Positions 10,950-24,411 of a DNA stretch of 64,000 bases are shown piece after piece. The stretch comes from Somniosus microcephalus (lineage: Eukaryota), in contig CM126207.1 of NCBI GenBank assembly GCA_052327205.1, positions 33,666,001 to 33,730,000 on the forward strand. Reading direction: 5' to 3'. The notes under the pieces are model-generated. The model was not told where the DNA came from. It saw only the letters and a list, made by a program, of their open reading frames with translations, and searched no databases. Position numbers and translations under genes: made by a program. Positions within the stretch are counted from its first letter, which is position 1, and every line of letters begins with the position of its first letter.

Positions 10950-11315
10950 GCATAGCCTAGCTAGTGAAACAGACTTACTCGGTATTAGGGGTGTTTATAC
11001 TCGGATGCTTAATGAGATATTTCCATTCACAAATAACTTGACTGTATTTGGTTGAGAGTTAGTTACATATGCTGAGAGAAAAGGCAACATGCAGGAATTT
11101 GAATTTACACCAGGCAGCTGTATCAAATGTATGATGTTGTTTCACCAGCAGACCTTATTGTTCAGTAATACACAGTATATTGTAACCCTATTGCTATTTA
11201 GTTGACCACATAAAGAATGACCCTGCAGTGGTGCTAGTCCATTGTTGTGACTAATCCCATGATGATGCAGACTCATTGCTGTGAGCCTTCTGACCTCGCA
11301 ATGCTACAGATCCCT

Positions 11316-11667
11316 AGCTCTGTAACCTCCTCCAGCCCTACAACCGTCAGTGATCTCTGCACGCCTCCAATCCTGGCCTCTTGCGCATCCCTGATCTTAA
11401 TTGCTCCATTATTGGCAGCCGTGCCTTCAGCTGTCTAGGCCCTAAGCTCTGGAATTCCCTCCCTAAAACTCTCCACCTCTCCACTTCTCTCTCCTCCTTT
11501 TGAGACACACCTTAAAACTTACCTCTTTGACCAAGCAATTGGTCATCTGTCCTAATGTCTCCTTATGTGTCTCAGTGTCAAATTTTGTTTGATAATTGTT
11601 CCTGTGAAGCGTCTTGGGACATTTTACTATTTTAAAGGTGCTATATAAATGCAAGTTGTTGTTGTTT
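11316..11667 (+). mobile_element. L2 LINE 3' end
   Basis: CCTAAGCTCTGGAATTCCCTCCC...GCTATATAAATGCAAG(TTG)n tail. Confidence 0.85.
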
Positions 11668-13124
11668 GACCCATTGCGGTGTGTTTGTCTGACCTCATAG
11701 TATTACAGACCCATTACCATATGGTGGTGTGACCCACAACAGTATAGACTCATTGCTGGATAGCTTACTGCCCTTATGATAGTCGCATAGCAAACCACCT
11801 GCACTGAGCCTACAATAGTGGAGGCCTGGATTCTCTTGACACTTCTAAGCAAATATTTTTGCATTAGTCAGTTACAGGAACAAGACCAGGCAATACCAGC
11901 CATCCTGTGCTATTTTTATCATTGTTATTACTACACAAATTTAATTCTGTAACTCCTACGTAGCTGGAAGCTGAACCTCCGAGCCAAAAAGGCTGTCTGT
12001 TGCAGCTGAATACCCTGACCTTTATCTGCTATCATAGTCCAGGGTCGTCGTGTGATGATTAAAGATGATCATGCAATGTGTGGCAGTGAATTATGCAGTG
12101 CTACTCTATGACTTGTCCCTAACAAGCTTAAAGACAAACGGAAATATACAACAATGGCAGAGCAGAGATGCATTTCCTCCCAGGTCCTCGACACAAACTC
12201 CATGTCCTGATGATGAGAAAAACTGCCCCAGAAGCCAGCAGCAGCCTTTGATGAGCGATCTCCTGTTTCCTGATATTGTGACCTTTTTTTAAAAAAAAAT
12301 TACTGATTGGAGCACAATCCAATTATCATTGCTAATAACTCGAGGCACAAGATCTAAGTATTTTTAGGAGACATCATCCTGAGGATATTATGAGGATCCT
12401 GTCCATTGACAATGTTAACATCCGAGCTCATCAACATCCTTTGTTGCTAAAACAATATTATTATAATTCTAAAAGTGCTTAGAGGAATGAATGAGGAGCT
12501 GTCCTCCTCTTCGTCAGAGTGAATTTAAACCTTCATTGATTGAGCAGTGTAATAAAAGAGATTAATTGAAACATTGCTAGACACTATAGGATTGTCGAAG
12601 CCTTTGGTTTATGCTAGGCAAATCAATAAGTCTTAAATTAAAAAAATGTTTTTTTAAGGAAAGAATCATTTTCCACATCTTGGTGTAAGCAATATTAGCT
12701 AACAAATGATTCTTCTGAATCTCATTTCTTTGCTTTGTGCACAATGTCATTTGGAGGAACTATAGCTGATTGAGTCGTTCAGCAAATCACAGGCAACTCA
12801 GCCATAAATATTAAAAAGACTTATGATCCACAGAGCTGGTAATGAACAACATTTCAGTGCTTCAGTACAGTTAACTGAGAGCTACTGAAAGTCCTTATTT
12901 TGTCCTGCGTGCAGTTTGAAAGATGAGCTGCACAGGTGCATGGAATCCATTTGGGGCTCAACAGTATGAATGTGTGACAATGGTAAACCAAACAAAATCC
13001 ACAGTTTGACATTTTGCCTGTACGATTCCTTTGTGGAGGGAGCAGACACCTGTTCTGAAGTGCACTTCCCCAGAATGCTGGCCGTGGTGGGACTGGTTTG
13101 GTACTTCTTGCCAATATTTCTCCA

Positions 13125-13418
13125 CCAGTTTTCTTCCCTCCTTATCTCTCCAGAAAGCAGTGACTCCTTGCTGGGGTACAGTTCTGCAGATACTGGTCAC
13201 TTTCTTGTATCTCCACTGAAGTGACCATTATTTGTGAGGTGAACCTCACTACTGAGTGTTAGCAGGCTATTCCAGCAAGGGGGCATCCCAGCAAAGGCTG
13301 ATCCTGTCCTTGCTCAAAATCCCAAAATGTGCATTTCCAGAATTGGGAGCAGGAACTTTGCCTGATTTTTTCTCTCTCTATAACCCAGGAGCACTGAGGC
13401 CCATTGTGATATTCCTAC
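13125..13418 (-). mobile_element. tRNA-derived SINE family B fragment
   Basis: Reverse complement matches 24412-24713 and 26015-26705 (GGCCTCAGTGC, AAAATCAGGC, GAATAGCCTG, GGAGTCACTGC). Confidence 0.65.
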
Positions 13419-13545
13419 AACTCAAATAACAACTTGTATTAATTTACCACCTTTAACAAAGCAAAATGTCCCAGGGAAAATCACTATTGGATTGTAATTG
13501 TTTAGAGAGGGAGTTGCATAAGATGGAGGGAGGATGGCTGAAAGC

Positions 13546-14020
13546 TGGTGATTAGAGAGGTTATGTTACTGGACTAGTAATCCCAAGGCCTGGACTAATA
13601 ATCTGGAGTAAGCGAGTTCAAGTCCCACCATGGCAGCTGGGGAATTTAAATTCAGTTAATTAAATAAATCTGGATCAGTATCAGTAATGGTGACCAGATT
13701 GTCATAAAAACCCACCTAATTCACTAATGTCTTTTAGTGGAAGGAAATCTGCTGTGCTTACCTGGTCTGGCCTATATGTGACTCCAGACCCACAGCAATG
13801 TGGTTGACTCTTAATTGCCCTCTGAAATGGCCGAGCAAGCCACTCAGTTGTACCAAACCGCTACGACAAAGTCCGCACTGTGGGACTACCTTCACCACAC
13901 GGACTGCAGCGGTTCAAGAAGGTGGCTCACGACCACCTTCTCAAGGGCAATTAGGGATGGGCAATAAATGCTGGCCTTGCCAGTGATGCCCACATCCCAT
14001 GAACAAATACATTTTTAAAA
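13546..14020 (+). mobile_element. tRNA-headed SINE with CR1-derived 3' tail, inserted in an old L2 (about 13427-14155, minus)
   Basis: B-box GAGTTCAAGTCCC; the last ~120 bp (GTTCAAGAAGG..CACCTTCTCAAGGGCAATTAGGGATGGGCAATAAATGCTGGCCTTGCCAG) is nearly identical to the 3' ends of the LINEs at 27893-29619 and 53753-55187. Confidence 0.85.
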
Positions 14021-14224
14021 ATGATAGGAAGGGGCAAGACTGTGCAGGAATTTGAAGGCAAGGATGACAACTTCAAAATTGAGGGACTTGGGACTAATGG
14101 AGGTTGGCAACAACGTGGGTGATCGGTGGGTCGAATTTGTGCAGCTGCTTTCTGCTTAACAACTGAGACAGAAAATGGAAAATCAGAGTGTGTTAACCTG
14201 CTAATCAATTTGCTATATAATATT

Positions 14225-14960
14225 GGGCCGTATATTCCGATCCTTACGGGTGTGTACGCGCTGTGTACACACCCGTAGGAACATCGGAAATGCCGGTTTC
14301 AAGCATGCCAAGTGCATGTGCTGAAAACCGGATTTTCCATCTGTCAAGAATGCTCTTGACTAATCGGACGCCTGCCCTAGAGAAGGGCCTCTGCGGGTGG
14401 CGAGTTCCACTTTCTGGAGAACCTCCGCCCGCAAAAAACCCTTAGAAATCTTACGCCTGGTACCAGCATAAGAGTTGAAAAAAGTGAAAAAAAAAATTTC
14501 ACTCATTTATCATTTATGATTTTAAAATACTTTAAAAAGGCAAGTTTATTTTAAGCCCCATAAAAAACTTCAATTATTTTTTTCAAAATTTTTTATTTTT
14601 GTTTAAAATATTTAATTTATTGTCATTTCAACTCATTTTAAAAATGTGATGTTTTTTAAAAATTTATTTAATGTTTTACAGTATTTTTGGGGTGAACTCC
14701 ATTCATATATTTGACAGGTCTATCTGTCAAGTGTATGAAGGGAGATTCCCTTCTCCTATTGGCTCTCCATAGCCCACGTGATCCCAGGGATGCTTGCGAA
14801 CCGCCTGCGCCTCTGGGATACGTGGGCCCTGCGCATTTCGAGTTGGAGACACACAGGAACGGAAGTGTCCGGGCCTCGGGAGCCCTCAGGTAAGTCCGTA
14901 GATTTTTTCCAGATCGGAGGCCTCCGCACGCAGGAAGCCTCCAATTGGATAATACGGGCC
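14225..14960. mobile_element. Harbinger-type MITE with AT-rich core
   Basis: TIRs GGGCCGTATATTCC / GGATAATACGGGCC; flanks ATT/ATG; GC-rich arms around an A/T-tract centre (14470-14690). Confidence 0.75.
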
Positions 14961-15519
14961 ATGATGGCATCATACTTACTGCTCGTGGCAACTCTCATTT
15001 TAAACTCAGATTTCAGGTGCCATCGTTAAATGTTGAATTTGCAAAGAAGTATCATTGATAATTTGTCAGGGCTGTCCTTTACAATAATCTTATTGATTCT
15101 TTTTTATTGAACATGGCAGCCAGTAGATTGACATTAAATCAGGCAAGTTTAAATAAATGTGAGTGTTTTATGTAAATAAAATACTGTGATTTTGGGCTTG
15201 AACTGTGCACACTCCTATTGCTTACACTTCTAGCACTTGTGCCTCACAGTGCTCATAATTTCCATTTATTGCATTATTTTCCTTTCAATCACTGCCAGTT
15301 ATGTTATTTATTTTTGCCATAAGGGATGACATCAAATGGTCTATCACAGGTCATTTTTTCCTCTTTCAAACAATACTTTAAACATTGCACTTTTATCTGT
15401 TGTGCATCCTAAGTCTATTATCACATACTAACTTCTGTTTAATTAGGACATTTGAAAGTCTTTTAAAGAAATATCACCACCATGTTTTACATAAACCCCT
15501 GTCATGTATCAGATACATA

Positions 15520-15935
15520 GGGATAAAGTTTGACTTTTAGTTGGCCGCCCATTCCAATGGCAATGTGAGCCCTGTGATTTTGATGCTCTGGCCTGATTTA
15601 TATATGGTAGGAAAACTGCAGGGCACCAGATTGAAGCCTGAAAATCGGGCCAGAGCTGCTGGCAGCAAAGTAAGTTGCGATTGCGGAAGTCCCGGGCACA
15701 GCAACCCTGGAAAATAATTCAAGACTTGCCTTTAACAGGTCTCTTATCTTCCATCGCCCATGGAACTGGTCGGAGTGTGCACTGCGCAGGTTCCTTCCAG
15801 TTTCTACCTAAAGTGGCGATCGAGGCCTTATTTACGTCATAGGACCCTGATTGCCATATTAAAAGGGGCCTATCACCTGAAATAGGCAGATGCTTTGGAA
15901 ACCCCGATGGTAGACCTCTTTTAAAATGGAACCTC
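15520..15935. mobile_element. Probable truncated Harbinger-type element
   Basis: Begins GGGATAAAGTTTGAC; CpG-rich; carries TTACGTCA and TTAAAAGGGG motifs like the other Harbinger derivatives; right TIR not found. Confidence 0.4.
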
Positions 15936-16171
15936 CCTCATTGTCAGTGTTAACAGTACGGCAAGGATACCAACCCCATTTAAAGGCATCTAGCCCCCTG
16001 TCAACACGAGGTGAGGGCACTCAAAATCAACCCCATAGAATCACTGTTTTTTGTGCAGACAGCTCATCCAATTTCTGTCAAGCTTGTATAATGAAACCCA
16101 TCGCCAGTCTAGTGTGAGCCAAATCTTTACTGTACTCCCCATGTTATGGAGCAATAGAATGAAGGCAAACC

Positions 16172-16902
16172 TTCAATTCAATTTTATTTGCCATATGTAA
16201 CCAGTACTAGTACAAGTACAATGGAATGCTTACTCCCCGTAGGGACACGTCAGCTATTCTTACAGCGCCGTGTTCAGAAAGTCAAATCAATGGCTTCCAG
16301 TGGCAGTGGGAGCACGATGTCCCTCAGCCGCTCCATCCTCCTCGTCACCGCGGCCTCCTCCTCACTGTTGCCGGCTCCACGTGTGGTGGCCTGCTTCTCC
16401 CGCTCGCGGTCTGACCTCTGGCCGCCATGCCCGGCTCCCCTCCTCCCAGTCGGACTGCGAGCTTCCCGCCATGGAGCTGCCGGCCGACGTGCTGCAGTGG
16501 GTCATCGTGGCTGCTGCTGCTGCTCGTTGCGCTGCACTGCCTCCGCCTGACTCGCCGAACACATCATCGGGATGTGAATGCTCCGGTCGCCGCGGCCTCC
16601 TCCTCACCATCGCCAGCTCCACGGTCCAACGACCCGGGGCCTGCTTCTCCCGCTCATGGTCTGGCCTCTGGCCGCCATGCTTGACTCCCCTCCTCCCAGT
16701 TGGAATGCCTTGCCGCCGAGGAGCTGCCGGCCGACGTGCTCCAGCGGGTCGTCGTGGCTGCTGCTGCTGCTTGCCGCGCTGCGCTGCCTCCGCCCGACTC
16801 GCCAAACACTTCGCTCCGGTTGCGGGAGCGAGCGGCGAGAGCGGGCCGCCTGAAGCAGGGAGAGGGCGCTAGCACCAGACCGTCTCGGCCGCCATCGTGA
16901 CT
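16172..16902 (-). mobile_element. GC-rich non-autonomous retroelement with internal ~242-bp tandem duplication and Rex1/Babar-like tail
   Basis: Minus strand starts AGTCACGATGGCGGC and ends CATTCCATTGTACTTG..TACATATGGCAAATAAAATTGAATTGAA; AAACC on both flanks (16167-16171, 16903-16907); duplicated units start at 16344 and 16586. Confidence 0.7.
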
Positions 16903-18494
16903 AAACCAAACCGAATTACCAGTTTGAGGAGGTGTGCTCTGAATGGAGCCCGAACATTGAGTATAAATACAGCTGCTGGGTTCACTTTAGGTTAGTACCA
17001 AGTTTTTGACTTTGAAGCTGAGTTTTGTATTAAAATCCAGGAGAAATAGTGGAAGATGTTTAATTCATTGAGCTCACACCAACAAAGGGTGCCTATAAGT
17101 CACTTGACAACACCATGAGACCCAAAAATGGATGTGTGCTTTGAAAACTGTGGGTAGAAGAAACCTGGTCTGTCACACACATCAGTCTTGTGCCATGACA
17201 TGACATGAGCTATGCATTGTTTTCTGGGGTCGCATCTGGCTACTGTTGCTCACAGATCTTGTTCAAAAGTAAAGTCAAAGTCGCTCAATTAAAGCTTTTG
17301 TTGAGACTGTAATCATTTAATTCAGAGATTGGAACAGGCAGAGCCTTCTGACCTGTGACTGGAAAAATCATAAAGGAATTTCTAGTGACTAAGCCATAGC
17401 ATCAGATGGGATCACCTTTACGCTCCAGTGTCTGTAGGTACTTTATCTTTGTGGCATTCAGATTTGCAAAACGGTTTGCTTTAGTGCTTTCAGCAATATT
17501 TTAAGACAGAACCCATGAACCACAAGAGAACGCCTCCAAGTCAAAGAGCCAAGTTGCCTCCTGGGATCTTGAATGTCCTCCCCATCTTCCAAACCAAAAT
17601 TCTAACGTCGCCATTTTGTTTCTCTCAAGAATAAGCACTTGGTCAGGAGACCCTTGTTGCAAATTGATTCTGATGCAGAAGTCATCTTAGATGTCCCATC
17701 AATGTCAATTTGAGGATCCAGGGTCCTTGTACAGTAGTTACTTTTGGAGTTACCTGGCCGCATTAGTGCTTTTAAAAAAAAACTGTCACACAAGATGCAG
17801 AATATTACTTTTAGGGCAAGTGTTTAAAAACGTGTCTCAAAGAAAAATAAACATCTCACATTTCCTGTTTGGGGGAAAGATGTGGATAACTTTAACTTTT
17901 GGAGATGGGGAAACCGGGTGATAACGCATTGGCCAGCCATTATACACCTCTCCCGATCTTCCTTTCCATTGACGTCTATATTCTGAGATAAAATGATGAA
18001 ACCATTTATACTGATTTTTTCCATTCTGTTTCCATTTCTCTACTGGAAATAAAATCGCATTTAAGTTCCATATTGCTCCTGAATATATGAACATATTCTA
18101 ATACTGTATTGGGTGGGCGCACAAACTTTCCCCGCAGCGTTCTTCAAATCCTTTTCTTGTTGACTCCTTTTTGGTGTAGGTTGATTTTGCATTGCACTGC
18201 CAGGAAAAGCTTTCCCCTTAAACTTCATTCCCCCAACACCACCAAAAAAAACCACAGCAACTATTTTGATGAATATTCTACACAAAATATTATAAATTAT
18301 GAATTAAATCAGAATGAGAAACATAGCCAGACTGTGACTGCTTATTGATTAATCTACTGGTATACACAATCAGACCATCACTGTTGAATTATTTAATCAT
18401 GCAACATCATGTCCACTGTGCACCTCCCATGTAAGCAAAACTGCTGCCACAGATGTTCATTACAGATTCAAATTCTATGCCTGAATTCTAATGA

Positions 18495-18603
18495 GGCCGG
18501 CGGACCAATTTGCCGTGGTTCTGCCGCCAGCTTCATTCGGCACTTATAGCGTGCACTGCACCCGGATCACCCCCGATTCAGGCACGACTCAATTTCTAGG
18601 GCC
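18495..18603. mobile_element. Terminal fragment related to the 629-1314 MITE family
   Basis: Ends CTCAATTTCTAGGGCC (compare CTCAATTTCTAGGCC at 1300-1314); CpG-rich. Confidence 0.5.
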
Positions 18604-19875
18604 GAATGCCAACAATGGACCAGAAGGTATGCAGATATCAGAGATTTTGTCACAAGTGATTGTTTTATCGCTTGTTTATGCCTCTTGTCAAGATGAGCCA
18701 TTAAAGTGGAAAAATTCCTCACGCACATATATGCCTTTTTATTCAGTGTTACCTAAGCAATAGATACTGGGAGTGAGCTTCAAAGTTGTAACCAGTCAAT
18801 GGGCTCAGAAATCATGTTAAGCTGTGAAAGCGAATCTTGCATAGTTTGTAAATATAGTGCAATTCCAAGATTGTTACTACCTGGAAACTGTTACTTTAGA
18901 AAATACATATACATACCATAGTTTGTGAAAGGTCGAAGATTTTCTTTGCAGTTTTTGGGAACCTTTACGAGTCTCAGGCAGTTCTGCATAATTTTTATGA
19001 CAGAGTATCTCACGCTATTCTGTGACAGCACCTGATTCCTTATTTGTGGGATAGGGAGTGTTTCAGTTGCTGTAACCTGCAGGGATCGACATTCAGGATT
19101 ATTCGTATTCATTCACACTGATCTTGGAGTTTGACACCAAAGTCTTCCCATCTCTAAAATTGAGGTTCGAATGAACACATTCGTGGTACATGGGCAATAA
19201 CAGGGAGAGCCTCTCAAGGTCAAAAGAAAAACATTTAAGTTAGACACATAACCATGGACCACTGTGGAAATCAGAGATTTTGGAAGCGCACAACTGCTTC
19301 CAAAGAACAGTACCATTTTTGTAAAGAGACAGGCACATTCCGATCCCTGAAATTGAATTAAAATTGCAATCTTTCTTTTCAGGTAAATAGGGAATATATT
19401 GTGAAGTCCTAACCACATAATTCACTAGCAGGATGTAGGACACATTCCATAGGCCTTATTATGGTGTTCTGTTTATATTCTACAGTTAAAAGAAGTAATT
19501 ATTTGATTGAATGTGTTTAAAGGTGCAGTGTATTTTACTGCCAAATGTTTCTGGCGTGGTCGCGGTCCTACCGGAATGGAAATGCTTTGAACACTTTTAC
19601 ACTTCTGATTTATACATTAGTAAAATAAAATGTTGTTTTGATACTATAGAAAACAACATTTTCAATAGAGGACAAATAGTTCCAATAGAGAATGTGATGT
19701 GATTTGTCAGGCTATTATATTCTTGTACCTATAGTGTAATAGATTTTGGGGTATTGATCAGAATACCTGTGTACATTATATAATGTACTGTTACAGGTTG
19801 TAACACTCCTGTATATATTTATATAATAAAACTGGGAAAATATTCATTATATATAATCTATGTCCATATATAATT

Positions 19876-20561
19876 GAGCCTAAAATTTCTGGGATGAGAG
19901 AGGGTGAAAAGCAATTGTTTCTTCGGGCAGGATTATAAGAATTTGGGTGGAACCTAGATCTGCTGAGTTTCCACCCCATTTGCCCTCCATCAGAAATTCC
20001 GATGAGGGGGTAGGCGAATCTTCTACCAGCTCATTTCCTTCTCCCCGTGCCCAGGCAATAGTTTGGGGCCACGTCTGAAGCATTCCTGAACTACCTCTGG
20101 AATTCCACCTAGCAAACCGCTCTTGCACCCAGCACTTCCCACATCTACAGAGAATAGGTGCGGGTTCACTCCTGTGAATATTCCTGTGAAGCGCCTTGGG
20201 ATGTATTACTACGTTAAAGGTGCTATATAAATACAAGTTGTTGTTGTTCATTACTGGGCCTTCCCTCGGCCCCAAAGAAATCACAGAAGAGCTGAGGTAA
20301 TCGATCCCAGAAGGATTGTTTCCCTTCAGATTTCTCCTTTGGCCGGTTAAGGGCCTCCTGAGTCACCCCAGTCAGAGTGGCAGAATACTGCCTGCAATTT
20401 GTGGTGGGCTCCTCTGGTGGCCCTCCACAGGCGCCCGAGTATTAAAATGCTCCCATCCCTGGAATTTGGAATGGGGTAAATGTCTAGACTAGTTGCCAGC
20501 CAGAAGTCCCACCCCCACTGCACTTCCAGTGGTGGAGCAGGATCCCAACAATTTCAGGCCC
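19876..20561. mobile_element. Harbinger-type MITE containing a short L2 tail insertion (about 20170-20249)
   Basis: TIRs GAGCCTAAAATTTCTGGGAT / ATCCCAACAATTTCAGGCCC; flanks ATT/AAT; internal GCTATATAAATACAAG(TTG)n. Confidence 0.65.
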
Positions 20562-21377
20562 AATATAGATAATAACATATTGACCCTGAAATTATGCATG
20601 TGACTGCTTAAAGCGGAGGAGGAATTTCAGACAAAAATGTTTAGCATGCCTGTGTTCATTTCTCACGACGTAATTTCAGCACCTGTACATATTTTGTTAA
20701 CGTATTGAATATTATATGGTTATATTGTGTAGTAACCCGTTGCATTGTTGGGTGTGTTTTAATTAAATGTACAGTTATGCAGAGTTTCTGATCAAATTGA
20801 AGTGTAACTTGTTTTGCAGAGGATTAGTGAGGAATTGAACAAATGTGCTGCCTACTTCTTCTGATCTGATTGTATAGTTTGGTTGATTATATTCTTGTTA
20901 TTTTGTTTCTTTTTTCATTGTTTTTAAGCCTTTTCTTCATGAAACAGCTCTCTGCATGCTTAATTCTTATCAGGTTTGCAATGAGCTTTGTAATGGAATT
21001 TTCAAAGTTCAGTTTCTCCAAATCAGAAACAAATACAGCACGGTTTCATTACTACAGAACTTCGCCACACATTTTATCCTACCGACTCCTGTTTTCACAT
21101 TCTTTTTATAAACCTCACTTTATAATAACCCTCTTGTTATTACAAGACTATCATTATAACAAACTCTCACCTTGCTCACAGCTGAACGTCTATTTCAGGC
21201 AGTGGAGGCGCTCAAACTAGAATAAGATGAACCACTTGTGTAGGAAACCTTCTTTGTGTTCGCTGAGTTTGTAATAAAACAAGGGCCATGAAATTATATC
21301 AAGACAGTGGCACACAAATGCTTAATGCATTTGTTTGAAATTGCACTCTCTGCTATTTTAGTGGAGGTGTTAACCTA

Positions 21378-21520
21378 TTCGATAGATTTTTGCTCGACAA
21401 GGGGTATAAAAGGTTAGGGAGCCAAGGCAGGTGGATCTAGTTAAGATACAGATCAGCCATGATCTCATGGAATGGCAGAACAAGCTCAATGTGCTGAATG
21501 GCCTACTCCTCTTCCTATGT
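21378..21520 (+). mobile_element. CR1 3' UTR fragment
   Basis: GATCAGCCATGATCTC..GCTGAATGGCCTACTCCT tail shared with the other CR1 copies. Confidence 0.8.
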
Positions 21521-23087
21521 ATTAATTTTAAACAGATTAAAACAACAAAGGAAGAAATTCAGACAAACAAGTGCTTGTACAATAATACATAATGATTGCC
21601 TTGCAAATCTCCGCCCTAGTCTCTCTTAGCACTTGGGATAAACACCATCTATTCTTGTGGACTTGCTTGTTTTAGCCGAAGACTTACAGCTCATTAATAT
21701 CAGCCATTTATTCTGCTTAGGATATCCCCTCTTGAGAGGGCATGTTGCTCATGTCTTCTCTCATATTTATTATTTCGGACTCTTCCTCCACTTGACGTCC
21801 ATTAGCATCTTTTAGGGTTTCCACCTCTTCTCTCACTGCCCTCTCACTATTGTACTACTGAAAAAATGTGTTACTGTTGAGTGTAGGCTGTGCTGCTATG
21901 CTTTATTCTAGGTCCATCTTTGCCGTTCTGGTCATTTTTGTTTTAGCATGTTTCTGCATTTTCTTAACATTTTTTTCCCAGTGAACTCTTTCCCCATGCT
22001 CCCTACAGAACATGTAGATATTATTTTTTGTCTTTGTTTCACTTAATTTGTTTTTTAATCCATTTACAATGACATTTGTGTAGTCTGAAATTGCTAGTTT
22101 TTGGAATGTATTTATCCTGCATGCTTAGCATTGTACCTTACCTGCTATTGAATTGTAGTCAAGCCACCGCTCCTAATCCATTTGCTTTAGTTGTTCCTCA
22201 TTTCTTTGAATTTATCCCTTTTTGAAGTTATCTATCGGACTCCCAGATTGTGTTAAACTTAATCATTCTATAATAGCTACCCCCAGAGGTGCTGAGACTG
22301 CCATTTCCTATATGATGGATCACTATGAACTATATCAATTCAACCAGCGTGTTTGAGAATACAATGTTTGTCTGTTTGCTATATAATAGAGCATGATTGA
22401 GGACAGTGGGACCCAGTAGAGGATACCCGCACGAGATAGCCTAACAGGTTTCAAGAGCCAGTCAAGCACCTCTTTCAGAATACCAGCAACAATGGTCAGT
22501 TCACCGCTACTGTCTCAGGCAGTGATTTTGGAAGATGGAAAAGACCAGAGAAAGAAATCAGGTAGTGACTGAAATGAGCAGAGAGCTGTGATTGTAACAA
22601 TCTAATAGACTGCCATGTCTACTGTACCAGGGAACTGATCATGAGCAGCTTTATTGGGCTTAACTTATGGCCCTGTCTTTCATATGGACTTGCCTGTTCT
22701 TAATTCATTAGTGCAGGCACTCACCCACCAATACTTACATATTTGGAAGAAATGAAAGATTTCCACATAAATTACTTCATTTTCATTCTACCAGCTTCTC
22801 TTTAATTATATTATCCCCGGTTTAGTTTCCACCCACCCCAATTACCTCGCCCAGTGAAGAGGTGGGTGGTAACCTATTCCCAGGTCCACTGCTGGTACTA
22901 TTCAGCTGTTAGAAGTGCATGAATTGAACATGGGGACACAGCTTTTGATTTTCCTTCATCAACCCATCCCCTTATAGGAAGACATTTAAAAAAACCTCAC
23001 CATGTGTATAGTGGACACATGGAAGAGAGGACATGCCTCCCACCTGCAAGTTATTTTTAGTTGAGGATGACTAACTAGGAATGCATT

Positions 23088-23534
23088 TTGCATTTTTTTT
23101 TTATATAGCACTTTCCACAGTCACCGGACGTCTCAAAGCACTTTACAGTCAACTTTTGAAGTGTAGTCACTGTTGTAATGTGGGAAACGCGGCAGCTAAT
23201 CTGCACACAGCAAGGTCCCACAAACAGCAGTGTGATAATGACCAGATAATCTGTTTTTAGTGATGTTGGTTGAGGGATAAATATTATCCAGGACATCAGG
23301 GATAACTCCCCTGCTCTTCTTTGAAATAGTGCCATGGGATCTTTTATGTCCTCCTGAGAGAGCAGACAGGACCTCGGTTCAACGTCTCATCTGAAAGACG
23401 GCACCTCCGACAGTGCAGCACTGCACTGGAGTGTCAGCCTAGATTTATGTGCTCAAGTCCCTGGAGTGGGAACTTGAACCCACAACCTTCTGACTCAGAG
23501 GCGAATGTGCTACCCACTGAGCCACAGCTGACAC
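23088..23534 (-). mobile_element. Deu-domain SINE, full length
   Basis: Reverse complement of 42355-42800 and 49065-49493 over its whole length. Confidence 0.9.
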
Positions 23535-24411
23535 TCTGCGGTTAGCAAAGGCACTGGTTATTAGTATATTCAAAGGTACTATCAGGGTTAACATACAAAA
23601 GAATATTTTCTTCTTTTTAATGCACATAACATTCTCCTCTTGGTTTGTCACCGAACACAAACATTCAATAAATGTCATATGAATAGTGCAATTGATTGTG
23701 AGGCAAAAAAATTGTGGTTAACGTTCAAATCAAATTGAGTGGATAAAGGTTAACAAAAAGTAGATAACTCTAACTACAAATAAATTCTTGATATTGATTT
23801 ACAAACATATAGCCAGGATTTATTACAAATCTTAGCTTAACACAGAGGCATGTTGTGTGAGGCTGTGATGTCTCTTGTCATACAGAATACACAGAGGGAC
23901 ACTGTGAGGTCAACCTGACTAGTAGGCCTCAGCGATCAAACGTGTCCCACCTGTCTTGGCCACTAGTGCAGGTGTTCTAGGTCAGCTCTCCTTGTGGTTA
24001 TCAATCGCTGACAGTTGACAGTTTAATTTTACAGCACAAGCACCTCATTACTTGTGCAGACACTTGGAGAACATGCGGGCACTGGATTGGATCAACGATC
24101 AATGACAAAGGTTGCATAAGGGTACAAGTGGTAGCACTAAAAGTGAAGGTCTCCATGCATGAGTTGGCAGTGGTAGGGATACATGACAGGGGAGTTTAGC
24201 TGACAAACAGTCTGCCACTTCTGAAGGAATGGAATTTTACTACAGAGTTTTCTGGTATAAAACTGCATCACGCACTTACAGAAAAGTACCTGGGTATGTC
24301 AATATACTATAAAAACAAAACCAATAATGCTTGGTAGGTTATTAAAAAAAATATAGATAAAAATTTATCGGTGAGCAAGTTTCTCAAATAATCTCACTAG
24401 AAATAAATAGT

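Noticed and set aside
11230-11790. Degenerate ~38-bp GACYCATTG repeats flanking an L2
   Set aside because: Too decayed to define a unit reliably; most likely an old minisatellite.
16188-16900. Seven to eight overlapping ORFs, up to 200 aa
   Set aside because: Open in nearly all frames because of high GC content and the internal duplication; no recognisable protein.
22393-22419. MIEDSG start resembling the dystrobrevin-alpha N-terminus
   Set aside because: Only six residues match and a stop codon follows after TQ.
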